Notes under the pieces: model-generated
What the model saw: only the letters and a program-made list of their open reading frames with translations
Databases searched by the model: none
Told to the model about the DNA's origin: nothing
In this document: piece after piece, positions 26,416 through 35,534 of the stretch
How the letters are laid out: every line of letters begins with the position of its first letter
Position numbering within the stretch: the stretch's first letter is position 1
Source of the DNA: an uncultured Gammaproteobacteria bacterium
GTDB lineage: Bacteria; Cyanobacteriota; Vampirovibrionia; LMEP-6097
Direction of reading: 5' to 3'
Assembly (NCBI GenBank): GCA_964517685.1
Contig: CAZFCF010000010.1
Span: 6,624-70,623 of the forward strand
Length of the DNA: 64,000 nucleotides
Made by a program: the position numbers and the translations under genes

Positions 26416-26596
26416 CTAGTATATGGATGGCTTTAAACACTCCCCCCCCCAATTAAAGATAATTTTAATTATTTAGCCGCTCTTCGAAATCTACCAAGCA
26501 ATCTTAGGAAAAACTTTATTTTAAACTAAAGGTTAAGAAGGGCTTTTTTGCTAGGATTAGCCTTTGTCCTACGGCTTTTTGCCGCAAAAGGTTATT

Positions 26597-27070
26597 ATGT
26601 CACAAGAAATTATCAGATCAGTAGAATCTAGCCACCTTAAATCAGAACTTCCACAGTTCCAGGTTGGCGATATTGTTAAAGTTAAAGTTTTAATCCGTGA
26701 AGGTAAGAAAGAACGTACTCAAGCTTTTGAAGGCATGGTTATTGCAATTAGAGGCGGTAGCGTAAATCAAAGTTTTATCGTTAGAAGAATTTTCCAAGGT
26801 GTTGCTATTGAAAGAACTTTCTTGATGCATTCACCAAAAGTAACTGAAGTAAAAGTAATGCGTAAAGGCAAAACTAGAAGATCTAAATTATTTTATATGC
26901 GTAAACTTGTTGGTACTAAAGCAACAAGACTTAAAGAAGATTCAACTAGAATCGCTAAAGACCTTCAAACTGCAGCAACAGTAAAAGCTGACACTAAAGC
27001 AGCAAATGCAGCTAACAAAAAAGCGGCTGAAGCAGAAAGTTCTGCAAGTGCAGAACAAGCAGCTGAATAG
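26597..27070 (+). CDS. rplS: 50S ribosomal protein L19 with Ala/Lys-rich C-terminal extension
   Basis: FQVGDIVKVKV...EGKKERTQAFEGMVIA is the L19 core. Start set at ATG 26597; the track uses TTG at 26564. Confidence 0.9.
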   Translation: MSQEIIRSVESSHLKSELPQFQVGDIVKVKVLIREGKKERTQAFEGMVIAIRGGSVNQSFIVRRIFQGVAIERTFLMHSPKVTEVKVMRKGKTRRSKLFYMRKLVGTKATRLKEDSTRIAKDLQTAATVKADTKAANAANKKAAEAESSASAEQAAE

Positions 27071-27085
27071 TTCGTCTATAAATTT

Positions 27086-27961
27086 ATGACTAAAAAAAAT
27101 GGTTTTAGAAAGCTCACAATAAATATGTTGGCTTTGTCTTTGCTTTTACCTATTGGTAATGGTATACAAGCAGCGACACAAAGCTCAACAACCGTTAAAA
27201 ATAGTTCTATACAAACAAGCCCAACTGGCAGCACGACTCAAATTAAAACTTTAACTGTTACCGAGCAAAGCGGTTCAAAAATTGCCCCTATCAAAGATAA
27301 AGCAGATCTTGTTTTAGAAACTGCAAAAACTAAATTAAATGAGATTCAAAAGACTTTGATTCCTACAAACACGACAACTACAACGACGACGACAACAGAA
27401 AAAACTACAACAGAAACTAAAGGAGCAATAGTGTCACAACCAGAAGAGAAAAAAGAAACCATAGTATTGATGGATACAGAAAAAGGTCCTATCAAAATCA
27501 AACTCTTTATGGAAGAAGCTCCTATTACTGCTGGCAATTTTAAAGATTTAGTAGAGAGAGGTTTCTATAATGGACTTACTTTCCACAGACTTATAAGAGG
27601 ATTTGTAATCCAAGGTGGTTGCCCACTAGGTAATGGCATGGGTGGTTTTACCGATCCAGCTACTGGCAAACAACGTACTATCAAACACGAGAAAAATAAT
27701 TTGAGACATGATAAAGCTGGAATGCTTGCGATGGCAAGAACTAACGATCCTGATTCCGCTAGCTCACAATTCTTTATAGACTTAGCTCCATTACCAGCAT
27801 TGAATCCTGGTGGTGTTGATCCTTATGGCTATGTTGTATTTGCCCAAGTTATTGAAGGTATGGATGTTGTTAACAAGATCATGAATGAGAACGTGCCTCC
27901 ATCTCCTGGTTCTGATGGCACATCAAATCCAGTTCATATCAAAACTGCCAAACTTATATAA
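27086..27961 (+). CDS. secreted peptidyl-prolyl cis-trans isomerase (cyclophilin type)
   Basis: Signal peptide, Thr-rich linker, and a cyclophilin core (FHRLIRGFVIQGG, MARTNDPDSASSQFFI). Confidence 0.9.
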   Translation: MTKKNGFRKLTINMLALSLLLPIGNGIQAATQSSTTVKNSSIQTSPTGSTTQIKTLTVTEQSGSKIAPIKDKADLVLETAKTKLNEIQKTLIPTNTTTTTTTTTEKTTTETKGAIVSQPEEKKETIVLMDTEKGPIKIKLFMEEAPITAGNFKDLVERGFYNGLTFHRLIRGFVIQGGCPLGNGMGGFTDPATGKQRTIKHEKNNLRHDKAGMLAMARTNDPDSASSQFFIDLAPLPALNPGGVDPYGYVVFAQVIEGMDVVNKIMNENVPPSPGSDGTSNPVHIKTAKLI

Positions 27962-28669
27962 ATGTTCACAGGTCTAATTGAAGAACTTGGCACTATAAAA
28001 AATCTTAGTCGTGAAGGTTCTAATCTTCATATAGAAGTAGAGTGCCAAATTGTTTTGGATGATCTCAAGCTTGGAGACAGTATTGCTCTTGATGGCGTAT
28101 GTCAGACTGTAGTAAAACTTAGCGCTACAAGCTTCACAGTAACTGCAATTGAAGAGACTCTTAGGCTTACTAATTTCAATGATTACAAACTTGGCACGCG
28201 CATTAATCTAGAACGTTGCTTGCGACTCAGCGATAGACTCGGTGGTCATATTGTTCAAGGACATGTTGATGGAGTGGGTGAAGTAGTCTCTATAGAGAAT
28301 AGAGATGGTAGCTATGGAGTTAGAATTTCATTTCCTCCTGAGCTTAGCAAATATATAATTCACAAAGGTTCGATTACGATTAATGGAATTAGTTTAACTG
28401 TGGCTTCTATTAAAAACCTGCTTGAAAAGCTCCCAGATGCTAGGCTTGCGAGGAATGTGAAGGCTGAGTTGACTGATGCGTCAATGATGACTTCATATGA
28501 CGAGCGTAACGACGCAGATGGGACTTTGCAAGTAGGTTTTCTGACTGTATGTATTATTCCGACAACCTGGGAAATGACCAATATAAGTAGCTTTCAGCCG
28601 GGTACTAAGGTAAATTTAGAAGTGGATGTATTGGCTAAGTATATTGAAAAGATGCAAGCTTGTCATTAG
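27962..28669 (+). CDS. ribE: riboflavin synthase
   Basis: MFTGLIEELG N-terminus and duplicated barrel (GDSIALDGVCQTV / GSITINGISLTV). About 35 extra residues in the second barrel. Confidence 0.9.
   Translation: MFTGLIEELGTIKNLSREGSNLHIEVECQIVLDDLKLGDSIALDGVCQTVVKLSATSFTVTAIEETLRLTNFNDYKLGTRINLERCLRLSDRLGGHIVQGHVDGVGEVVSIENRDGSYGVRISFPPELSKYIIHKGSITINGISLTVASIKNLLEKLPDARLARNVKAELTDASMMTSYDERNDADGTLQVGFLTVCIIPTTWEMTNISSFQPGTKVNLEVDVLAKYIEKMQACH
28444..28511. repeat. possible decayed palindromic element inside ribE
   Basis: GCTTGCGAGGAATGTGAAGGCTGA...GAGCGTAACGAC resembles CATTGCGAGGAAGGCAAAGCCTGA...CTCGCAATGAC. Coincides with the extra ribE residues. Confidence 0.35.
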
Positions 28670-28671
28670 TC

Positions 28672-28820
28672 GTCATTGCGAGGAAGGCAAAGCCTGACGA
28701 AGCAATCCATGTCATTGCGAGCATAGCGAAGCAATCCCCCTGCGCAGACTGGATTGCTTCGTCAGGCTTTGCCTTCCTCGCAATGACAGCCACGCCCTCT
28801 TCGAGGGCTCGCAATGACGA
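28672..28820. repeat. composite / nested cluster of palindromic elements
   Basis: Two left arms (28672, 28711) and two right arms (CTCGCAATGAC at ~28778-28797 and ~28808-28820), with complementary GGATTGCTTCGTCAGGCTTTGCCTTCC. Confidence 0.85.
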
Positions 28821-28830
28821 CATTTGAACG

Positions 28831-29775
28831 TTACCACTCCTGCTTCAATTCATCCGGCAAATAACTCTTGAGTAAATCTTCTGCCAACTCTTGATTGATT
28901 TGATTATCGCCATGCTTTGCAAACAAATTCCATAAATAAGTTGTAGCAGGACCAATAAATCCAGATTTAACTTTAACCACATCTAACTGTTTGATAAGAA
29001 CTGCTTTAGCTGATACAGGTACTAATAGCCCCTCTTCAAGCTCTCGCCGGATAAGCATCTTAGGCATAAAGCCCCAGCCTAAACCATTAACCAAGAGTTC
29101 TCGTTTAATCAAGAAATCAGTAACATGCCAAACATTTGCACTTTCCAGAACTGCTTCTGAAACTTTTTTCTCTAAAGTTTTTCTACCACCTACAACTAAA
29201 TTAGTAAGTGAATAGAGATCCTCTTCAGTAATACCTTCAAGCCCTGCTGGATGTTGCGGAGAAGTTACCGCAATAAAATCCATACTCAACCATTTGATTC
29301 TATCGAGACCATCGACATAAATTCTACTAGAACTGACTACTAAATCAGCCTCACGCTTCAATAGCAAATCCACAGGTTCTTCATAGGTAGTGTATTTCAG
29401 CTCTATTTGTGTTTGTGGAAATCTTTCATTAAACTCTCGCAAAACAGTTATTAAAACTGGAGTCGGAGTAGTTGCAGTAAGTACCAAATTAATTTTACTT
29501 TCTACACCTGTACTTGCTAATTCGCTAAATTCATAAATTTCACTATTGAGTTTTAAAATACTCAAAGCTTTGTTATAAACTACACGTCCGGCATCAGTTA
29601 ATGTGACCTTTTGGCTGGTTCGATAAAAGATTTGTGTTTTTAATTTCTTCTCTAAATTAGCAATTGAATAACTAATTGATGATTGTGACTTATGCACTTT
29701 CTTCGCCGCCGCTCTAAAGCTTTCCTGCTCCACAACTGCAACTAATGCTTCTAATTCTTCATAAGATAAACTCAT
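28831..29775 (-). CDS. LysR family transcriptional regulator
   Basis: N-terminal HTH (FRAAAKKVHKSQSSISYSIANLEKKL) plus a LysR substrate-binding domain of typical length. Confidence 0.9.
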   Translation of the reverse strand: MSLSYEELEALVAVVEQESFRAAAKKVHKSQSSISYSIANLEKKLKTQIFYRTSQKVTLTDAGRVVYNKALSILKLNSEIYEFSELASTGVESKINLVLTATTPTPVLITVLREFNERFPQTQIELKYTTYEEPVDLLLKREADLVVSSSRIYVDGLDRIKWLSMDFIAVTSPQHPAGLEGITEEDLYSLTNLVVGGRKTLEKKVSEAVLESANVWHVTDFLIKRELLVNGLGWGFMPKMLIRRELEEGLLVPVSAKAVLIKQLDVVKVKSGFIGPATTYLWNLFAKHGDNQINQELAEDLLKSYLPDELKQEW

Positions 29776-30028
29776 AAATATTCCTACTCTTCACTTTTTA
29801 TTTTTTTGATTCGATCTAGTTTAAGTTTTTTTAAGGTAAGAATATCGGAAATTATTATCTAAAATGAAAATCCCTGTATTTCATATACAAATACCTGTGA
29901 TTAAAAAAGTTGATCAGAGAATTCTAAACTCTAGTTAAGTAATACAGTAATTTTATTTTACCTATCTTCTTTCTATTAAAAGATTGATTTATTGATTGAG
30001 AAATTTGGGGATTTTCTTTGGAGGGAAA

Positions 30029-30679
30029 ATGCGCAACAAAAAAGTCGAAGAGAAAATAGTTTCTCTTCGAGATGAATTACTGGGTAATGTTAATCACAAA
30101 AAATTCAATGGCATATTAGAAACTTTAGACATACTAAAGTATTCTAGTATTTCAGAGAAATTTTTAAATAAGGGCGACCAGGCGCCTGACTTTGTTTTGC
30201 CAAATGCTTTTGGTAAATGGTTTTCGTTAAAAGAAGAAGTGAAAACCGGCAAAGTAATTTTAGTCTTTATTAGAGGCGGTTGGAGTCCTTACTGTTATTT
30301 ACAATTAAGGAATTTGCAAAAACAACTAAATGAAATAAAAGCACTTAGAGTGAAAGTTTTTGCAATCTCTTGCGAAAAGCCTGATTACTGCTTGAATACA
30401 ATGAAGCGCAATGGTCTACAATTCGAAGTTCTCAGCGATAGAGGCAATCGTGTTGCAGAGCATTACAACTTAGTCTACAAAAGTGAAAACAATAATTTAC
30501 TTATTGATTTAGGTTTAATGCCAGCAATGAAAAATGGCGATGTCTCTTATCAACTGCCATTACCAGCAACTTTCATTGTCGATGAGTGGATGACTCTGAG
30601 ATATGCTTTTGTGAATCCAGATTATAGATTGCGTCCCAGGACAGAAGAGCTGGTAGAGAAGTTGAAAGCAATGTATTAG
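30029..30679 (+). CDS. peroxiredoxin-like (AhpC/TSA, thioredoxin-fold) protein
   Basis: GDQAPDFVLPN...VILVFIRGGWSPYC redoxin motif. Start set at ATG 30029, preceded by GGAGGG. Confidence 0.7.
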   Translation: MRNKKVEEKIVSLRDELLGNVNHKKFNGILETLDILKYSSISEKFLNKGDQAPDFVLPNAFGKWFSLKEEVKTGKVILVFIRGGWSPYCYLQLRNLQKQLNEIKALRVKVFAISCEKPDYCLNTMKRNGLQFEVLSDRGNRVAEHYNLVYKSENNNLLIDLGLMPAMKNGDVSYQLPLPATFIVDEWMTLRYAFVNPDYRLRPRTEELVEKLKAMY

Positions 30680-30680
30680 A

Positions 30681-31061
30681 CTATTCTTGGTTCCAGTTAA
30701 GTGCGCCTTTGCTCCACGCGTATATAAGACCAAACATCAAAATACCAACAAAGACAAAAGCCTCAATAATAATAAATATGCGGCTTCCAGCTGGAGTTGC
30801 ATTGAATAAAGTTGCCCATGGCATTAGAAAAACAAATTCCACATCAAAAACTATAAAGATGATGGCAAATAAATAGTACTTAATATCAAACTGAACTTGA
30901 GCGTTCATTTCTGATTTCATACCGCACTCATAGCTTTCGTTTTTGACTCCACCGGGACTATAGATTCCAAAAAATCTTTGGACTACAGTACTTAGGCCAA
31001 GTAAAACTAAACCATTAACTAATGCAAGCGCTGATATTAAGCCAATCTGTCCAATTTCCAT
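30681..31061 (-). CDS. nuoA: NADH-quinone oxidoreductase subunit A / NdhC
   Basis: YECG and FDVEFVFLMPWA motifs. Three TM helices. Confidence 0.85.
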   Translation of the reverse strand: MEIGQIGLISALALVNGLVLLGLSTVVQRFFGIYSPGGVKNESYECGMKSEMNAQVQFDIKYYLFAIIFIVFDVEFVFLMPWATLFNATPAGSRIFIIIEAFVFVGILMFGLIYAWSKGALNWNQE

Positions 31062-31073
31062 ACTAAAACTAGA

Positions 31074-31952
31074 TTAACATGTAAGTCGTTTCTCATAAAG
31101 TTCTAAGGTATTCTTCATAAGCATAGCGACAGTCATTGGTCCGACACCGCCCGGAACTGGTGTTATATAGCCTGCATTTAAGGAAGCCCCATAGAGATCT
31201 ACATCGCCTAAAATTTTCTTTTCAGCCAAATCAGAAATCACAGTATTAATTCCTACATCTATCACAGTGGCTCCTGGCTTAATCCATTCACCTTTAATAA
31301 ATTCCGCTACGCCTATTGCAGCAAAAACCAAATCTGCTTCTTTAACTCTTTCAGCTAAATTTACAGTTTTACTATGAGCCATAGTAACAGTGGCATTAAG
31401 TGAATTAAGAATTATTGCAAGCGGTTTACCCACAAGAGTACTTCTACCAATTACGATTGCAGTTTTGCCTTGAATATCAATTTCAGTTCTTTTCAATAAT
31501 TCAATACAACCCTTAGGCGTGCAAGGCCAGGTAGCCTTCTCAGGATTAACTAATAGCTTTCCTAAATTTATTGTAGTTAAACCATCAACATCTTTAGTGG
31601 GATCTATAATATCTATTATTTCTTGCGTGAAAGGCTTCAAATGGTCTGGTAATGGCAGTTGTAGTAGGGTGCCATCAACTTCAGAATCATTATTATAATC
31701 TTGAATTACTTTAATTAATTCTTCTTTACTAATATCTATTGGCAGAAACGTTTTAAATGATTTAAAACCAATCTCTTTACATGTGGATTCTTTTTTATTG
31801 ACATAAAAAACACTTGCAGGATTATCACCAACTAAAATTACTGCTAAGCCAGGTATTCTTGCAGATTTATTTTTAAGCTCTGCGATATCTAGCTTTAAAT
31901 TCGCATTAATTTCTTGTGCAATTTTTTTGCCATCGATTAACTTTGCAGTCAT
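31074..31952 (-). CDS. folD: bifunctional methylenetetrahydrofolate dehydrogenase/cyclohydrolase
   Basis: LIDGKKIA, LQLPLP, GRSTLVGKP, PVPGGVGPMT blocks. Start set at ATG 31952. Confidence 0.9.
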   Translation of the reverse strand: MTAKLIDGKKIAQEINANLKLDIAELKNKSARIPGLAVILVGDNPASVFYVNKKESTCKEIGFKSFKTFLPIDISKEELIKVIQDYNNDSEVDGTLLQLPLPDHLKPFTQEIIDIIDPTKDVDGLTTINLGKLLVNPEKATWPCTPKGCIELLKRTEIDIQGKTAIVIGRSTLVGKPLAIILNSLNATVTMAHSKTVNLAERVKEADLVFAAIGVAEFIKGEWIKPGATVIDVGINTVISDLAEKKILGDVDLYGASLNAGYITPVPGGVGPMTVAMLMKNTLELYEKRLTC

Positions 31953-31984
31953 TCTTATATTATAGAACATGTCAATGAGTAGCT

Positions 31985-32068
31985 GTCATTGCGAGGAAGG
32001 CAATGCCTGACGAAGCAATCCCATTGTGGTTACTAGCAGGGGGATTGCTTCGCTACGCTCGCAATGAC
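31985..32068. repeat. full copy of the palindromic element
   Basis: GTCATTGCGAGGAAGGCAATGCCTGACGAAGCAATCC...GGGGGATTGCTTCGCTACGCTCGCAATGAC, between the flgK stop and the folD start. Confidence 0.85.
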
Positions 32069-32069
32069 A

Positions 32070-34265
32070 TTAACCAACAATACCAAGTATTGAATCAAAA
32101 ATTTCATTCCAAATGCTTATAACACGCGCATTCGCGCTAAAGCTATTTTGAAATTTAATCAAGTTTGCAGTTTCTTCTTCAATTGAAACTCCACTAATAC
32201 TTTGTCTACGATTGTCTAAAGACTCATAAAGAGCAATTGAACTTTCTTGTTTTGAATTTGCTACTGAACCTCTAGTACCAAAATCACCTACGATATCAGC
32301 AATCTTATTATTAAAGTTTGTACTTGAATCATCTTCAGTACCTTGAATTATAGAAACTCCAAAATGTCCTGAGTTATTAGTTAGATCGCTATCATTAAAA
32401 CTGCTATTCATTTTGAATCTAACAAAAGCTGCACCAGCAGGAACTGTTCCTGTATAAGTCACTCTATCAGTAGGAGCACCAGCAGACGCAGGGAAATCTA
32501 CAGCAGAACCAATAACAGTTCCAGCAGCATTCACAAATTCAATTTGCATCAAACTGCCACTACCAAAACCATTAGTACCTGCATTCACCGCACTACCATT
32601 ATCATCGGCAAGACCATCTGCGTGGATAGTAATAGTTTGACCAGGCACTATTGCAACTTTACTTGAAACATTAGCACTACTATCTGAGTCGATATATACT
32701 TTCTCAGACTTAGCAGAGTTACTAACAATATTATTAGTTCCGAAAAAAAGATCCGCAACTTCAGCTGCAATACTGCCATCACTAGGAGAGCCAGTTTGAC
32801 CTTGAGTCAATAAAGAATTATTAGAAATTACATTGGTATTCACTGCAAAACTACCTGCAGTTGTTCCAGTAAACAATGCAGCTCCAGCATTACCGGCAGC
32901 AGTTGTTCCAAGAGTAAGAATTTTATTTACTGAATTCTTTATACTCATTGCAAAGTCAGAAAGACTTTGTCTCATTTCAGGAATAGCCTTATTAGATGCT
33001 TCAAAAAGCCCACCAATAGAGCCACTGAAGGAATCAATATATCCAGATGCTGTTTGTAAACTATCATTAGTTCTAAGAATCAATTTACCAGGATTCGAAC
33101 CAACTGCATTAAATCCTGGTTCTGTATCAAAGGTATAATCCAAACCATGACTATCAAGTAAAGTTACTGTTTGTCCAGCAGTACCACTTACAGTACCTGA
33201 ACTTAAACCTAAAACAGTTAAAGCATTACTTGAAGCACCAATAGTAATTGCAGCGCTGGTTGTATTTTCAGCATTGTCTACCAATGCAGTTTGTAAAACA
33301 AGCTTACCTGAACTATCTATTGAAGCAACACTACCTCTGCCACCAGAAGCACTAAAAGTTTTATTTATTTTATCAACAATTTCTCTTGGCGTTGATCCAA
33401 CCTCAAAATTTACAGTAAAAGGACCCGTACTAGTTCCTGCGCCATTATTAACAGTAAGCACTAAAGTGTTTGCTGAACTGGTTATACCAGAAATTGCTGA
33501 ATCATAGTTAGGGAAGAAATTTGTACTTGAAACTTTAGCTTCTGAAGCATGTATGCTCATAGATAACTTATTAAATTGTCCACCACCGTCTCTTACTATA
33601 TTGACATCGAGCATAGTACTAATTTCATCTAGTAATAAATCACGTTGATCTTTTAATTGAGTAGTTTCGGCTTCTCGTGCATCAAGACTTAAAATCTTTT
33701 TATGTACACCCTCTAATAATTTCAATTTTTCATTTAATTCTCTTACTGAGGTATTAATCGTTCCAGAAGGAGCTGCATCTAAATTAGATTTAAGCAAATT
33801 AATAGATTGATCAATTTGATTAAAAGCACTTGTAAGTGTGTTTGCAGAATTAATAAATACTGTTCTTGCTGCCTCTAGCTCTGGGTTTGCTGCCCAATCA
33901 CTTGCAGCTTGGAAAAATTCATTTGCCTTAGCAGTTAATCCTGAATCACTTGGCTCACCAAGAATATCATTCATTGCCACCATAAGATCCGCAAGCTCTT
34001 TATCTCTACCAGCATTTGCACCTTGTTGTCTAACCTGTTGATCAAGAAATGAGTTTCTAATTCTATCTACGGTTTCAACAACAACACCCGTAAGCAAACG
34101 CATCTTGCTTTGACCAGTTTGTGATGCTCCACCTTCAACAAAACCAACCTGCTTTCTTGAATAACCTTTAGTATTGGCATTGGCAATGTTATTACTCGTA
34201 ACATCTAGCCCCACTTGTGAAGCTAACATTCCTGAAACACTTATATCTAATCCGCTGAATGACAT
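32070..34265 (-). CDS. flgK: flagellar hook-associated protein 1
   Basis: N-terminal SGMLASQ..L.VTSNNIANANTKGYSRKQ and C-terminal EETANLIKFQNSFSANARV. Confidence 0.9.
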   Translation of the reverse strand: MSFSGLDISVSGMLASQVGLDVTSNNIANANTKGYSRKQVGFVEGGASQTGQSKMRLLTGVVVETVDRIRNSFLDQQVRQQGANAGRDKELADLMVAMNDILGEPSDSGLTAKANEFFQAASDWAANPELEAARTVFINSANTLTSAFNQIDQSINLLKSNLDAAPSGTINTSVRELNEKLKLLEGVHKKILSLDAREAETTQLKDQRDLLLDEISTMLDVNIVRDGGGQFNKLSMSIHASEAKVSSTNFFPNYDSAISGITSSANTLVLTVNNGAGTSTGPFTVNFEVGSTPREIVDKINKTFSASGGRGSVASIDSSGKLVLQTALVDNAENTTSAAITIGASSNALTVLGLSSGTVSGTAGQTVTLLDSHGLDYTFDTEPGFNAVGSNPGKLILRTNDSLQTASGYIDSFSGSIGGLFEASNKAIPEMRQSLSDFAMSIKNSVNKILTLGTTAAGNAGAALFTGTTAGSFAVNTNVISNNSLLTQGQTGSPSDGSIAAEVADLFFGTNNIVSNSAKSEKVYIDSDSSANVSSKVAIVPGQTITIHADGLADDNGSAVNAGTNGFGSGSLMQIEFVNAAGTVIGSAVDFPASAGAPTDRVTYTGTVPAGAAFVRFKMNSSFNDSDLTNNSGHFGVSIIQGTEDDSSTNFNNKIADIVGDFGTRGSVANSKQESSIALYESLDNRRQSISGVSIEEETANLIKFQNSFSANARVISIWNEIFDSILGIVG

Positions 34266-34276
34266 TGTTTAATTAC

Positions 34277-35524
34277 CTAACCTAAAAAATCACCTAAAGA
34301 CTTGGAGAAAAAATTCGACGTTGTTTTAATTGCAGTCTGTAAAGCTGCTTGAGCATTGGCAAGCTGCATATTTGCATCAACCATATCAATATCCTGAATA
34401 GTTGAAAGGTCACTTTGCAATTTAATATCCAAATCATCGCCTGCAGAATTCAAACGTTCCGCTTGAGCAATCAAAAGACCAACCTGACTTTGTACTGCAT
34501 TAATTTGCTTAGAGTTAGATTTTATATTGTTTAATAAGCCTCTTATGGCACTATCATCATTAGAAGACAAAGCTGATACTAACGAAGCGATAGTATTCAT
34601 CAACCCCATATCCTTACCGAAATTGTCTCTAGTACTTACGCCAAGCTCTTTAACTAAAGCAGTTGTAGAAGTATTTTTAAGACTGATTCTGGCATCACTG
34701 TTTGCAGTGTTTCCAGTTATATTTGCTGTGTCTAATTTCAAATATCCCGCAGGACTTTCTTGAGCTAGAGAACCAAGACCACCAGCACCTGTAAAAGCTG
34801 TATTAATTTTAGAAATAATTGTTGATAAATCATCTCCAGAAGCAATCGCTGCAGTAAAGTTCACTATAGTTCCATTGCCATCATCAGTTTCAAAAACTAA
34901 ATTACCTGCCGCTGTAGCAATAGGATTAATTACATTATTACGACAAAATGCTCCCTGAGCAGCACTCACCAAGGCATCTTTAACTGATACGCTTGAAGTC
35001 AAACCACCACTAGCTCTTTCTTTACTATTGTCCTGATTGTGCTTATAAATTACTTGATCAAAAGTAGAGCCTTCTTGAAGTCTCAATGTTTGCAAATCAC
35101 TTTGCTCACCTGAAAAAATAAATTTGCTGCCATTCTTTGAGTTTGATAGTTGAATTATAGTATCTGCAAGAGAACTAAGTTCATCTTTAAGAATTAACCT
35201 TTCATCAGTAGATACTGAACCAGTTCCACCCTTAATTGCAATTTCATTGATCTTGTCAATAATGTCATTCATAGATCTTAAAGAAATTTCTTGTGCTTCA
35301 AGATCAGAAGTAGCAGTATTTCTATCTCTTATGCCTTGATCATTTTTACTAATTCTTCCTTGAGTATCGATACTACCTATAATTGAAACAGGATCATCAT
35401 ATGCTGCAGTAAATTTTTTACCAAGGTTAATTTGCTTAGATAGTTTATAAATATCACTTTGGTTGTCAGTAACATTTCTACTGAGCAGGCTATAAATTAA
35501 ACTTGTACTTAAACGATCAACCAT
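34277..35524 (-). CDS. flgL: flagellin-fold hook-associated protein 3 (FlgL-like), copy B
   Basis: FlgL-type N-terminus and a GSKFIFSGEQSD block. C-terminal flagellin helix (DMVDANMQLANAQAALQ). Confidence 0.7.
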   Translation of the reverse strand: MVDRLSTSLIYSLLSRNVTDNQSDIYKLSKQINLGKKFTAAYDDPVSIIGSIDTQGRISKNDQGIRDRNTATSDLEAQEISLRSMNDIIDKINEIAIKGGTGSVSTDERLILKDELSSLADTIIQLSNSKNGSKFIFSGEQSDLQTLRLQEGSTFDQVIYKHNQDNSKERASGGLTSSVSVKDALVSAAQGAFCRNNVINPIATAAGNLVFETDDGNGTIVNFTAAIASGDDLSTIISKINTAFTGAGGLGSLAQESPAGYLKLDTANITGNTANSDARISLKNTSTTALVKELGVSTRDNFGKDMGLMNTIASLVSALSSNDDSAIRGLLNNIKSNSKQINAVQSQVGLLIAQAERLNSAGDDLDIKLQSDLSTIQDIDMVDANMQLANAQAALQTAIKTTSNFFSKSLGDFLG

Positions 35525-35534
35525 TACCTATCCT

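Noticed and set aside
26442-26450. C9 homopolymer in the aspS-rplS spacer as a phase-variation tract.
   Set aside because: It lies beside a repeat-element copy and upstream of a housekeeping ribosomal protein gene. There is no contingency-type gene nearby. It is conspicuous in AT-rich DNA, but there is no functional argument for phase variation.
27369-27420. Thr-codon-rich tract (ACN repeats) in the cyclophilin gene as a microsatellite.
   Set aside because: The codons are mixed (ACG/ACA/ACT) rather than a perfect repeat. The tract is most simply a Thr-rich linker between the signal peptide and the catalytic domain.
28635-28823. ORFs translated from repeat elements (28635-28823, 44727-44936, 48939-49127, 48973-49167), giving peptides such as FAMLAMT and CHCESRRDEAI.
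   Set aside because: They coincide exactly with copies of the palindromic repeat family and simply reflect its stop-free frames.
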